From contig CATNEN010000001.1 in the NCBI GenBank assembly GCA_950097015.1, positions 8,370,001 to 8,434,000 of the forward strand: a DNA stretch of 64,000 bases. Direction: 5' to 3'. The position numbers and the translations under genes were made by a program. The first letter of the stretch is position 1; every line of letters begins with the position of its first letter. This document shows positions 25,588 through 37,300 of this stretch, piece by piece. The notes beneath the pieces were generated by a model, which was not told the DNA's origin, did no database searches, and worked only from the letters and a program-made list of their open reading frames with translations. This DNA is from Macrostomum hystrix (taxonomy: Eukaryota > Animalia > Platyhelminthes).

Positions 25588-25625
25588 TGCCTGAAGATGG
25601 CTGGTTTTAGCCGAAACGCGTCGCA
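25588..25625 (+). ncRNA. Minimal type I hammerhead ribozyme motif (Penelope-like element type)
   Basis: tgc-CTGAAGA-t-GGCTG gttt TAGCC-GAA-ACGCGT-C-gca: complete core, 5-bp stem II, palindromic stem III, GUC cleavage triplet at 25620-25622. Stem I is only 3 bp. Confidence 0.75.
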
Positions 25626-26574
25626 AATAATATTGAGTTTTGTCTTACTATTGTATGTCCTTTCCGACAATTTGAATAAATTAAACCTCAAGAATTGCAA
25701 TAGAATTTCTCCACAAAAATGTAGCTCAGTGTAGGAGAAGTCAAGTTAACCTTATCGGGCCTTGTCTGCTCATCGTCTGTCAATAATAATTAGCCAGCCC
25801 GTGTCTCACTGTGATCAGAAATCTGAGGCATATCCTTGATCTCTTATTTGACTGCCATTTCACTTAGCCAATCTCCTAGAATTATTGCCCTGTTACTCTC
25901 AGGTCAGTAAGGCAGGTACACTGAGAGGTTTTCTCTATTTGATTGAGTAATCTCAGTCTCATCGCCAAGCCCACCAAAATTTCTACCTCAGCTGATGCAG
26001 GTGCTTATTCGCAGCAGGGTTAACTGACGCACAAAAGAATTTTGTTTTAGTTCAATAACAAATATTCCATGGACATCTATATGTAGCATCCAGTTGAGAT
26101 GCGATGTATTTGACTTACTTTGACTTAGCTGCAGGGCGGTCCCATAGAGGGACACAGCGGGAAGGCGATGCCGCCCATTCCGCTAGTCCCTGAAAGACCG
26201 ACGTACCGTCACGGACGATCGAGTTGGCGTCGCCCAGGGAGGTCCCTCGGAGTCGCTCTCCGCAGCCACGTCGCTCCCTGGAAGAGGGAGTTCAGCTCTG
26301 CGGGTGGCCCGAAGGTAGCGCATGAGCTGATTAAAGTTTTCGGGTTTACATGCTCTGCCATGGCAATGGCATGGCAGACCAAAGCGCGTTGCCAGGGCAA
26401 CGCTTTCCACTTCAGTACATAGACCCAAGTCTTTTACATGTTTTGCAAAAAACCGCATCCAAATCGGTTCAACTGGGCAAAAGCGGCAATCGTTAAAAGT
26501 TCAAAATCGTGCTTTCCTATCCCGACACGTTGGTTACATCTCATCAAGATGAGATATCGCATCCGTAATCAGCG

Positions 26575-26765
26575 ACAGGGCCCGTTCAGGCGCGGCCAGG
26601 CTCGGACCCGCCGCTACGTCGACTGCTTGCTGAGCGACGCCGGGGCGCCCGACACTGCCACCGGCGCGGACCCTGTTCGCGCGCTGGCTCTGCGGCGCGC
26701 CATCTGACGCTGCCTCCCTGACTTTTGGGGCTAGCGTCTCTTGTTGTTGTTGTTGTTGTTGTTGT
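26575..26765 (+). mobile_element. LINE 3' end (same family as 14311-14510) with (TTG)n tail
   Basis: QGPFRRGQARTRRYVDCLLSDAGAPD...RRAI* aligns with the 14311 copy; (TTG)n at ~26741-26764. Confidence 0.85.
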
Positions 26766-26785
26766 GATCAGGTGTCAACGTAATA

Positions 26786-27292
26786 TAGCTTTTGCCATTC
26801 AATCTCAGTGTTTTGTCATTCATACTCAGCCGTCCATACACATTACAAGTCAAACACCTCTAGCATCATGGTGAGGAACATACGGATTTGAGCGGAATTG
26901 TTAATGTCTTGGATCAGAACAGTGACTCAGAGAAAATGAATTTACATAATGCACCGTGGATACAGTCGGCTGCAGGCAATCTCCCAGTTTGCGGCCTTCA
27001 GAGGCGTCAGAGTGTCCAGTGCAACGTGGCCCAGGCGCTCCATGTAAGCATATGGCCCATGTAAGTTGGGCCATGTAAGCAAATGCTATGGAAGAAATTT
27101 GTAATTTAGCTGTCTTTGGGAGGACTGCGTTTGAGAGACCGAGCTTATAAAGCCTGACTGTTTGAATGACAAAACCCGAGATTGAATGGCACAGAGCGAT
27201 AGTCTATGGGCCAAACGGCGCCAACTGGCTGGATTAATTCTATGGGGGCTGAGTATGAATGACAAAACACTGAGATTGAATGGCAAAAGCTA
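26786..27292. mobile_element. MITE, ~46-bp perfect TIRs, TA flanks
   Basis: TAGCTTTTGCCATTCAATCTCAGTGTTTTGTCATTCATACTCAGCC and its exact inverse at 27247-27292. TA on both sides; extra partial TIR at ~27163-27190. Confidence 0.9.
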
Positions 27293-27746
27293 TACTACAC
27301 GAAGCCAAAGAATCGTTAACTTTTGTTATCGAACTCGTCAATCTCTGACAAATTATCCGTCATTCACACTCGAGCATTCTTACCTGCATGCTAATAAAGG
27401 AACACCCAGATTCTGGTCGCTTTAGTTCAGAAATGAAACGCCAAATTCAAGCAAAAGTACGTGTGAAGCACGTGCAAAACAGGCGCAACTAAGCTCTTTA
27501 CGCAAATTGCATTTTTTTATTTTTATAGTGCTTAGAAGTGAGAGCGTAAAGCAAATTACAAAAGGTAAAAAGCCAGCGTCAATAGAAAGCGAAAGCTGTC
27601 GTTACAGCAGTTTTTTCGCAGATTAAAACATTTCAATTAAAAAATAGCTGACCCACTGAGAAACTGGAAAAATCTAAGCTTTGAAGGTTTGGTATTACTC
27701 GAAGCTTCAATTTGAATGCTGTCTTCCAGATTTCACAGAAGGAATG

Positions 27747-28954
27747 TCACAGCGACCCGCTAGCAATAGCATGCGCAGAGTTCAAATCGTTTGCATTTTC
27801 GCTACTTAAAGTAGCATGAATTGCTGCCTGATTCTCACTGACATTCGACTCTGCATCGCTCGTTTGTTTCACATTCCTAGAGCTCTTGGCTCGCAGTTGC
27901 CGCCCAAGTCGCCGCAGGTTGTCAGCCTGCAGGCCGCACCTGTACAATGGCACAGCCGCCAGGTTCACCACCGCCTGCACCGCCAGCACCTTCAAGCAGC
28001 TGCGCGTGTGATTCAGTGCCAGCTGGGCCGAGTTCTTTGCTGGCCGATACTTCACAGGCCTCGGTGGCACGAACTCGAAGCTCGCATCGGTTGATTGATC
28101 TTCGCTGTGGTCGATTTTGCTTGAGCTCGCAGTTTTATCGGCAGTGCAAGCGGAGGCTGGGCTGTCTTGCGCTGCATCGGTTGAGCACCTGGATCGATTG
28201 ATTGGATCGGAGCACAGGTGCTTCATGGGGGTGAGTGGCAGAGCGGCAGCACGCCCGAATCTGGTTCAAAAGTCCCTGAGCTTGAATCCGCGGCGAGGCC
28301 AAATTAATTTGGGGCGCAGCCGCGGAGAGAAAGTTTTTGGAGGCTTGTCGTGAAATTTACGCCCCGTGAAGGCCAACCTCCGAGGACGATTGAATTAAAA
28401 CACAGCCTTACGATGAGAAAGTCAGAGCTGTGTGAGCGCGTGCTTATGAGTCAGCGAATGTTTGTCAGGATGTTTATCAAATAATCTTACGTTGTAGACA
28501 TCCGCTGCTTTTGCAGAGACCAGGCGTCAGGATTCGGATTATGCTTGACAACCTGTAACAGCCTGAGCTGATACTGGCACAGGCTGTTGAGCTGCTTGGA
28601 TTCGCGAATACCGTAATAGACCCAGGTGGTGAAGTGCTCGCAGTTGCCGCCGTGCAGTGAATATGGCAGGGGGCCGATCTGGCTGCGAGCCCGCTGGACA
28701 ATCTCCTTCCTAGAGAACACCGTGTCTGTCACCTGGAACACTTTCATTAAGTCGCCCTTGGCCAGGTATTCTAAGGTGGCTTCGATTACCTCGCCGTCGC
28801 TAGGGCCCAGGTGGTGATGCACCGCCCGACCGTCGCCAACGTAAACGGCGTGGTGAATAAAGAGGCCGCGATGGAATCGAACCGAATCGCCGGGCTGCAC
28901 TTCGTCCAGAATCTTGTCCAGACGGGTGGTCCACGTGAGGCACCTGTGACGCAT
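27747..28954 (-). CDS. LRAT/PLAAT (HRASLS)-like permuted NlpC/P60 acyltransferase, ~301 aa; exons 28954-28491 and 28188-27747
   Basis: PGD..F.RGLFIHHAVYVGDG.AVH and YSLHGGNCEHF motifs. AC|GTAAGA donor and CCAG|G acceptor join in frame (MSTT-CSTDAAQ). Confidence 0.88.
28229..28470 (+). mobile_element. SINE family A, diverged copy filling most of the LRAT-like intron
   Basis: gggtgagtggcagagcgg...gtccctgagcttgaatccgcggcgaggcc...gatgagaaag shared with other copies. Confidence 0.82.
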
Positions 28955-30159
28955 TGGTTTTGATTCACTCGAATGAAAATTTCACTTACTGCTGTAGAAA
29001 ATATAATACCACGGCTCTTTAAGGTGTCAAAAGTTATTCGACCGTCAGGACCTTCAGGACTTCAGGATGCCACCACTGATTCATTCGAAGACCTTTATGC
29101 TTTAAGGTTGTCAGCAATGATTCTATAAAATGTCTTCAGGGTGTCAGCAATGAATCTATCAAATACTTTCAGGCCTTCAGGGTGTCAGCAACTATTCTAA
29201 GAAAAAGCATCAGGACTTCAAGGTGTAAGCAGTCAAGCTATCATGAGGTCATGAGGTAGATTTTTTCAGTACTTTAGGGTGTCAGTCAGTAATGAATAAA
29301 CAAAATATTTTCAAAAACCTACTTAAACACACTCATTTGTCGGGCGGTAGTTCTCAACCAAACCGTTGCTTAGGACGCATTCAAAGCGCTAAAGAGAGAC
29401 ACGATGATAATTATACCAAGTTAATATAGCCAAGCAGTCCACCTCTGCTTTGTGTGTTGAATGTCGAAATTTATTACGATTGTGGCACCGCAGTGTAGGA
29501 CAGTAGGTGGTTGAGTCTATTTAAATTGTAGCATTTCATTGCTTACGCGTAGCAGCCACAAGATGCGTCACAAGATGCCAGCCGTTGAGAAATGTAAATG
29601 GAACTGTATTAGTGTTGGCATGTGCGTACTTGGCGTTAGACGCTTAGCGCGCTCTCTCTCTTTCTCTCTCTCTTTCTGTTTCTCTCTATCTGTCGTCTCA
29701 CCACGCTATGTACGTGCAGTGGATGCGTGCAATTTCACACACACACACACACACACACACCATTTGTGTCTGCGCTTGTCGCATAGTGCGTACAAAGTAC
29801 GTACATAGATATATCTAGAGTGAAAACCCTTTGGCTTGGTTTGCGCATACGAAACTCGAGAAATTTGTTGCTAAGAGCTTGTTTAAATGCTAAAAATACA
29901 CCTTTGCTATAGACACAATGGCTATATATAGGATTAATTTATAAAATAGAATTTTCATTTTGTCTTGCTGACTAATGAATAATAACCATGACATCTTATA
30001 AACACGCGTAATTTCTTTTGTTAAGTACTAAGAATTCTACGGAAAGAATTTTCGAGTTTTGAGCCGATGCTCAAATTAAATCTAATTATGAGAAGTTTAT
30101 CGTTTTTCATTTAAACTAACAATATCACATTCGACAATAATTTTAAGGTATCAGAAATG

Positions 30160-31126
30160 ACTCTACAGAAACTTTAGGCCTTCAGGGTATAAGCAATGAT
30201 TCTAAGAGAACCTTCAGGCCTTCATCGAGTCAGCAATGATTCTAACAGAATCTTCAGGCCTTCAGGGAGTCAGCAATGATTCTAACAGAACCTTCAGGCC
30301 TTCAGGGAGTCAGCAATGATTCTAACAGAACCTTCAGGCCTTCAGGGCGTCAGCAATGATTCTAAGAGAACCCTCAGGCCTTCAGGGAGTCAGCAATGAT
30401 TCTAAGAGAACCCTCAGGCCTTCAGGGAGTCAGCAATGATTCTAAGAGAACCCTCAGGCCTTCAGGGCGTCAGCAATGATTCTAAGAGAACCCTCAGGCC
30501 TTCAGGGTGTCAGCAATGATTCTAAGAGAACCTTCAGGCCTTCAGGGAGTCAGCAATGATTCTAACAGAACCTTCAGGCCTTCAGGGAGTCAGCAATGAT
30601 TCTAACAGAACCTTCAGGCCTTCAGGGTGTCAGCAATGATTCTAACAGAACCTTCAGGCCTTCAGGGCGTCAGAATTGATTCTAAGAGAACCCTCAGGCC
30701 TTCAGGGAGTCAGCAATGATTCTAAGAGAACCTTCAGGCCTTCAGGGCGTCAGCAATGATTCTAACAGAACCTTCAGGCCTTCAGGGAGTCAGCAATGAT
30801 TCTAAGAGAACCTTCAGGCCTTCAGGGAGTCAGCAATGATTCTAACAGAACCTTCAGGCCTTCATGGAGTCAGCAATGATTCTAACAGAACCTTCAGGCC
30901 TTCAGGGTGTCAGCAATGATTCTAACAGAACCTTCAGGCCTTCAGGGAGTCAGCAATGATTCTAACAGAACCTTCAGGCCTTCAGGGAGTCAGCAATGAT
31001 TCTAACAGAACCTTCAGGCCTTCAGGGTGTCAGGAATGATTCTAACAGAACCTTCAGGCCTTCAGGGAGTCAGCAATGATTCTAACAGAACCTTCAGGCC
31101 TTCAGGGCGTCAGCAATGATTCTAAG
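30160..31126. repeat. 40-bp minisatellite (cagcaatgattctaacagaaccttcaggccttcagggagt)
   Basis: Homogeneous array; older degenerate copies at ~29020-29295. Confidence 0.95.
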
Positions 31127-31360
31127 CTTTTTTAAACATCAATTAGTTTTTTCTCAATAACAGTAATGAACTGTAGTATTGCTTTAACGTCTTTCGAAAG
31201 AATATATTAGCTATTTATTACCAAAAGTAAATTCAGTATATCTTTTTTGTACGCAATAATTTGTTTACAATAGTTAGAACTGGTTATTAAAATAATAGTG
31301 TTTTACGAGTAAAAAACCCGTAAGAATAGTTTATTAAAACAAACATCGGTTCTCCAATTT

Positions 31361-34300
31361 CTAAGCGGCAGCACCGTCGCTTCCGAAAGGCTTGAAGCCG
31401 AACAATAGATCCTTGCGGAAATAGTTCAGGGCGAACATGCCAGCGATGGCTAAAATAGCTCCGAGAATCAGCATCCCGATTGCTAGGCCGGCAGCCCCAC
31501 CTGAAAGGAGCGGCTTCATTGTCTTCCGCCTGCCTTGCGTCTAAATTCCTGCCTTGCTTCTAGATTCTCTGGCGCTTTTGTACCTGATTTTATAAAAGTC
31601 TGACATTTTTTTTAAATTCTCTGACATTCCTACTCGGTGACTTTCCTATTCTAGATTCTCTGACAGTCCTATTCTAGATTCTTTGACAGTCCTAGTCTAG
31701 ATTCTCTGACAGTCCTATTCTAGATTCTCTGACAGTCCTATTCTAGATTCTCTGACAGTCCTAGTCTAGATTCACTGACAGTCCTAGTCTAGATTCTCTG
31801 ACAGTCCTAGTCTAGATTCTCTGACAGTCCTATTCTAGATTCTCTGACAGTCCTAGTCTAGATTCACTGACAGTCCTATTCTAGATTCTCTGACAGTCCT
31901 AGTCTAGATTCTCTGACAGTCCTATTCTAGATTCTCTGACAGTCCTATTCTAGATTCTCTGACAATCCTAGTCTAGATTCACTGACAGTCCTATTCTAGA
32001 TTCTCTGACAGTCCTAGTCTAGATTCTCTGACAATCCTATTCTAGATTCTCTGACAGTCCTATTCTATATTCTCTGACAGTCCTATTCTAGATTCACTGA
32101 CAGTCCTAGTCTAGATTCTCTGACATTCCTATTCTAGATTTTCTGACAGTCCTATTCTAGATTCACTGACAGTCCTAGTCTAGATTCTCTGACAGTCCTA
32201 TTCTAGATTCTCTGACAGTCCTATTCTAGATTCTCTGACAGTCCTATTCTAGATTCTCTGACAGTCCTATTCTATATTCTCTGACAGTCCTATTCTAGAT
32301 TCACTGACAGTCCTATTCTAGATTCTCTGACAGTCCTAGTCTAGATTCTCTGACATTCCTATTCTAGATTTTCTGACATTCCTTTCTAAGATTCTTTTCT
32401 CACCAGCTGACAGTCCCTGTGGCCCGCTGGATTCCGGTCTGCAAAAATGAATTAGTTTAAGGTTTATTATAAATATTCGAAATTTGTTATTGAACGATAG
32501 TTTGGTCAATAGAGGGTCGGTGGCAGAATGATTAACGTGTTTGCCTCTCGCACCAAGGTCCCTGAGCTCGATTCCGCAGCGAGGCCACATTCATTTGGGG
32601 CGCAGCTGCGGAGAGAAGGCTTGGGGGCTTGTCGTGCAATTTACGCCATTGAGGGCCAACCTCCAAGGCACAGTGAGAGTGTACACTGCCTGACAATGAA
32701 AAAGTCAGGGCAGATGTACACACCTGGGTGAGCGTGTGCCCGCGTACAATATCTGAGTGAGTGTGTGCTCAGGAGTCAGCGAAATGGGCAGAATTGACTG
32801 CTCCTCGCTGGTTGCGGGTCACTAAAGATGTGCCTGCAGCCCTTCTCAAATTATTATTATATTTTTTCTTCTTTTTAGATTGGTCAAAGAGTTAAAAACA
32901 GCAGCCCACCCTCTAGCGTCCATCTGTACAAAGGCGTCAACCGGTACGTCGAAGGCAGTATCGCCGTCTAGAATTTGGACAAACAGTTGCTTGTTCGACA
33001 CTAGCTCGGCAAGTTTGGGCGCAACCTCTGCAAGAGTGGCCTCCGGCTGCTTCGGCGTGTAGCCGGGGACATTGGCTCGGTCGCTGATGCTGATTTCTAC
33101 TAGGAGCAGTGGCTCGGCAAACAGACTCACCTGTATTTGTTAGGTAGAGACTAGTAGAGCGGCAATAGAACGGTGGAGTAGAAAAGTAGACATAAAGGTA
33201 GATTGGTAGATGAGAATGGTTAAGTATGAGAAGAGGGGTTGATAGCAGTGGTTAAGTATGAGTAGAGTGGTTGATAGCGGTGGTTAAGTATGAGTAGAGG
33301 GGTTGGTAGCAGTGGTTAAGTATGAGTAGAGGGGATGGTAGCAGTGGTTAAGTATGAGTAGAGGGGATGGTAGCAGTGGTTAAGTATGAGTAGAGGGGTT
33401 GATAGCAGTGGTTAAGTATGAGTAGAGGGGTTGATAGCAATGGTTAAGTATGAGTAGAGGGGATGGTAGCAGTGGTTAAGTATGAGTAGAGGGGTTGATA
33501 GCAATGGTTAAGTATGAGTAGAGGGGATGGTAGCAGTGGTTAAGTATGAGTAGAGGGGATCGTAGCAGTGGTTAAGTATGAGTAGAGGGGATGGTAGCAG
33601 TGGTTAAGTATGAGTAGAGGGGATGGTAGCAGTGGTTAAGTATGAGTAGAGGGGATGGTAGCAGTGGTTAAGTATGAGTAGAGGGGTTGATAGCAGTGGT
33701 TAAGTATGAGTAGAGGGGTTGATAGCAATGGTTAAGTATGAGTAGAGGGGATGGTAGCAGTGGTTAAGTATGAGTAGAGGGGATGGTAGCAGTGGTTAAG
33801 TATGAGTAGAGGGGATGGTAGCAGTGGTTAAGTATGAGTAGAGGGGATGGTAGCAGTGGTTAAGTATGAGTAGAGGGGTTGGTAGCAGTGGTTAAGTATG
33901 AGTAGAGGGGTTGGTAGCAATGGTTAAGTATGAGTAGAGGGGTTGGTAGCAGTGGTTAAGTATGAGTAGAGGGGTTGGTAGCAATGGTTAAGTATGAGTA
34001 GAGGGGTTGGTAGCAATGGTTAAGTATGAGTAGAGGGGTTGATAGCAATGGTTAAGTATGAATAGAGGGGATCGTAGCAGTGGATAAGTATGAGTAGAGG
34101 GGATGGTAGCAGTGGTTAAGTATGAGTAGAGGGGATGGTAGCAATGGTTAAGTATGAGTAGAGGGGTTGATAGCAATGGTTAAGTATGAGTAGAGGGGAT
34201 GGTAGCAGTGGTTAAGTATGAGTAGAGGGGTTGGTAGCAATGGTTAAGTATGAGTAGAGGGGATGGTAGCAGTGGTTAAGTATGAGTAGAGGGGATGGTA

Positions 34301-37300
34301 GCAGTGGTTAAGTATGAGTAGAGGGGATGGTAGCAATGGTTAAGTATGAGTAGAGGGGATGGTAGCAGTGGTTAAGTATGAATAGAGGGGATGGTAGCAG
34401 TGGTTAAGTATGAGTAGAGGGGATGGTAGCAGTGGTTAAGTATGAGTAGAGGGGATGGTAGCAGTGGTTAGGTATGAGTAGAGGGGATGGTAGCAGTGGT
34501 TAAGTATGAGTAGAGGGGATGGTAGCAGTGGTTAAGTATGAGTAGAGGGGTTGATAGCAATGGTTAAGTATGAATAGAGGGGATCGTAGCAGTGGATAAG
34601 TATGAGTAGAGGGGATGGTAGCAGTGGTTAAGTATGAGTAGAGGGGATGGTAGCAATGGTTAAGTATGAGTAGAGGCGTTGATAGCAATGGTTAAGTATG
34701 AGTAGAGGGGATGGTAGCAGTGGTTAAGTATGAGTAGAGGGGTTGGTAGCAATGGTTAAGTATGAGTAGAGGGGTTGATAGCGGTGGTTAAGTATGAGTA
34801 GAGGGGATGGTAGCAATGGTTAAGTATGAGTAGAGGGGTTGATAGCGGTGGTTAAGTATGAGTAGAGGGGTTGATAGCGGTGGTTAAGAATGAGTAGAGG
34901 GGATGGTAGCGGTGGTTAAGTATGAGTAGAGGGGTTGGTAGCGGTGTTTTTACCATAGGATCGAGAATTCTGAGCGGTGAAATATTCAGAGCTCTAGCCA
35001 GGCTGCCGGCAAGTGCAAATAGCAGCTCATCCAGATTGCCTTTAAGGTACTCAAGGTGAGCTGGATCCTTAATATCGGCTGAAAATGAATGGAAATTGAC
35101 TAGCTGTAGTTCAATCAAGACGATATAATTGTCATTTATCGGGCACTTACACGTGTCCATAACTATTTCAAAATGCTGCAACTGGGTAATTGTGAAACAA
35201 CCCGACACGTCGTGATCGTATTCTCTCGGTAGGCCAGTGTTGAAATCAAACACGTCGGTCATTGTGTAGATTTTTAGCTGAATGAATGAAAGGTCATGAG
35301 CTCGAATCGTAGCTACATCCGTTCAATTTTACTCGTGTCAAGTTTCATTTTACTCACGGGAGGCGGCGCAACGGCGTAAATGGCTCTCGGCACTGATTGA
35401 TACTTTGGTTTGCCTTGCGTATCATAGCTTGTCTTCTACAAGTACATCAGAGAAAATTATTTTAATCAATAATTATTTAAAATACCAACATTTTTTCTCA
35501 AAATCTCTAAAAATATTCAACCAACTTACAATTTGCAAATAGTACTCAACAGACACTGGGTACTTCTTGCCGTCGCCAATATCGATTTGGTCGTCTATAA
35601 AGCCGACATAGATGTCAACGTCCGTGTCTCGATAGACGCCCTGAAAATATTCAGGAAAGGTTTCCATTGCAATTGCAAAACATAGCAATCTGGTCACGTG
35701 GTTCGACTCTCGTTAAGCTTCACTCACACTGCCCTTGTACTGCAGCTGGCCAATGCCGGGCATGTAGAAGTCTCCCGGCGATTTTAGCCTGGCACCGCCT
35801 GGTGTTTTGTTTGTATCCCAACCGCTCTCGGGAATTTTGTCGAATGAACAATTGCCGAAGTGAATGTTCTTGATGTAGGAAATGCCTGGAGGTGTGTTGG
35901 TTTATCGATCCAGGGTAGAGATCTTTATGACTTTAAGAGTTATAACGTAGAGTTTCTGAGCCCTTTCGTGTCTCGAGCCGTGAACCGATTGGCTGGCCTT
36001 GTGGCCCTCTCTCTCATTTCTCTCTAACCCTGTGCCCCACCCCAGCCAGTTCTACCCCGTCCCGGACGCGGATTGGCTGGCAAGTTTTTCTCTGTCCCTC
36101 TGTCCCTCTATGCCATATCCTAATACATTTAATCTTCCAGACGTCAGTCCTTTTTTGAATATTTTTTCTACTCTACCCTGACTCGAAAATTGAAGATTTA
36201 ATTAAGAATCTAATTAAGTGCTAAAACGGAGGGTGAGTGGCAGAGCGGTAACGCACCTGAGCGGGGTACTTTCACAAACTCGAAATTTCGCAACTTGAAG
36301 CAACGGAACTTCATAAACCCGAAATCTCACAATCCCAAAATTTCATAAACACCTGTAGTTTCTCTCTAAGGCTTTGCTCCCAATTGATGTTGCCTCGCCG
36401 TGGATTTGAGCTCATGGACCCTTCCACTAACCACAAGAATTACTATCTTCTAGTGTGTCCATTGAGTTCGATTTACTTGGCTAATAGTTCTCGGACTTAC
36501 CGCGAGTGAAGTCGTTAATCTTTGCCAAGCGTCCGGTGCCATATTTGCCTCCATCGGTTGCAAAGAACAGTGCCGCGTCGCCTTCCATCAAGGTGATGTT
36601 GTTGCGTTGGTCGTAGGATTCGCGCATAATGTACGGCTGCTCGACTGGGGATGGCAAACCGCTGGAGATTCCTGAGTAGATTTCAAAGCGTTGATTGAGA
36701 CGTAATTAAGCCAGGAAGACCTTAAAAAATATTTATTTTACGACCTTACCGACAAATTCTTCAACGCTGAAACGGAATCGACTGTTAGGCTCTGGAGCTT
36801 TCTTGTCTGTCACCAGGCCTTTGCAATACACTCCTTTGGGAGCCTGCGAATGATCCGGTACACAACGAGATCAGTGCATGGAGGATGTCAGTGACAATCA
36901 TCAACTGTGTCAGGAGGACGTCAGTAAAAATCATCAACTGTGTCAGGAGGATGTGAGTCACAATCATCAACTGTGTCAGGAGGACGTCAGTGACAATTAT
37001 CTACTGTGTCAGGAAAATGTCAGTCACAATAATCAACTGTGTCAGGAGGACGTCAGTGACAATCATCAACTGTGTCAGGAGGATGTCAGTAACAGTAATA
37101 GTTAACAATAGTTGTTATACCGCCAAAGGGTGCCTTGTAGCATCGTGCTTATCCGTCATGTTGCGGACTGGGCCGGCAATATAAGTGGCGGTAACGGATC
37201 CAGTGGCACCAAACTTGTAGACGCTTTGAATTTGGATTAACGACTCTGAACCTGTTGTTTTGTAGAGTAATACAGCTCGTATAGGCTCTGACTGGCTTCC

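Noticed and set aside
26107-26460. GC-rich minus-strand ORF (NQLMRYLRATRR), perhaps another LINE C-terminus
   Set aside because: Too short; no diagnostic motif, tail or TSD.
30160-31126. CRISPR-like regular repeats (also the 30-, 32- and 35-bp arrays)
   Set aside because: Head-to-tail units without unique spacers, no cas genes, eukaryotic context.
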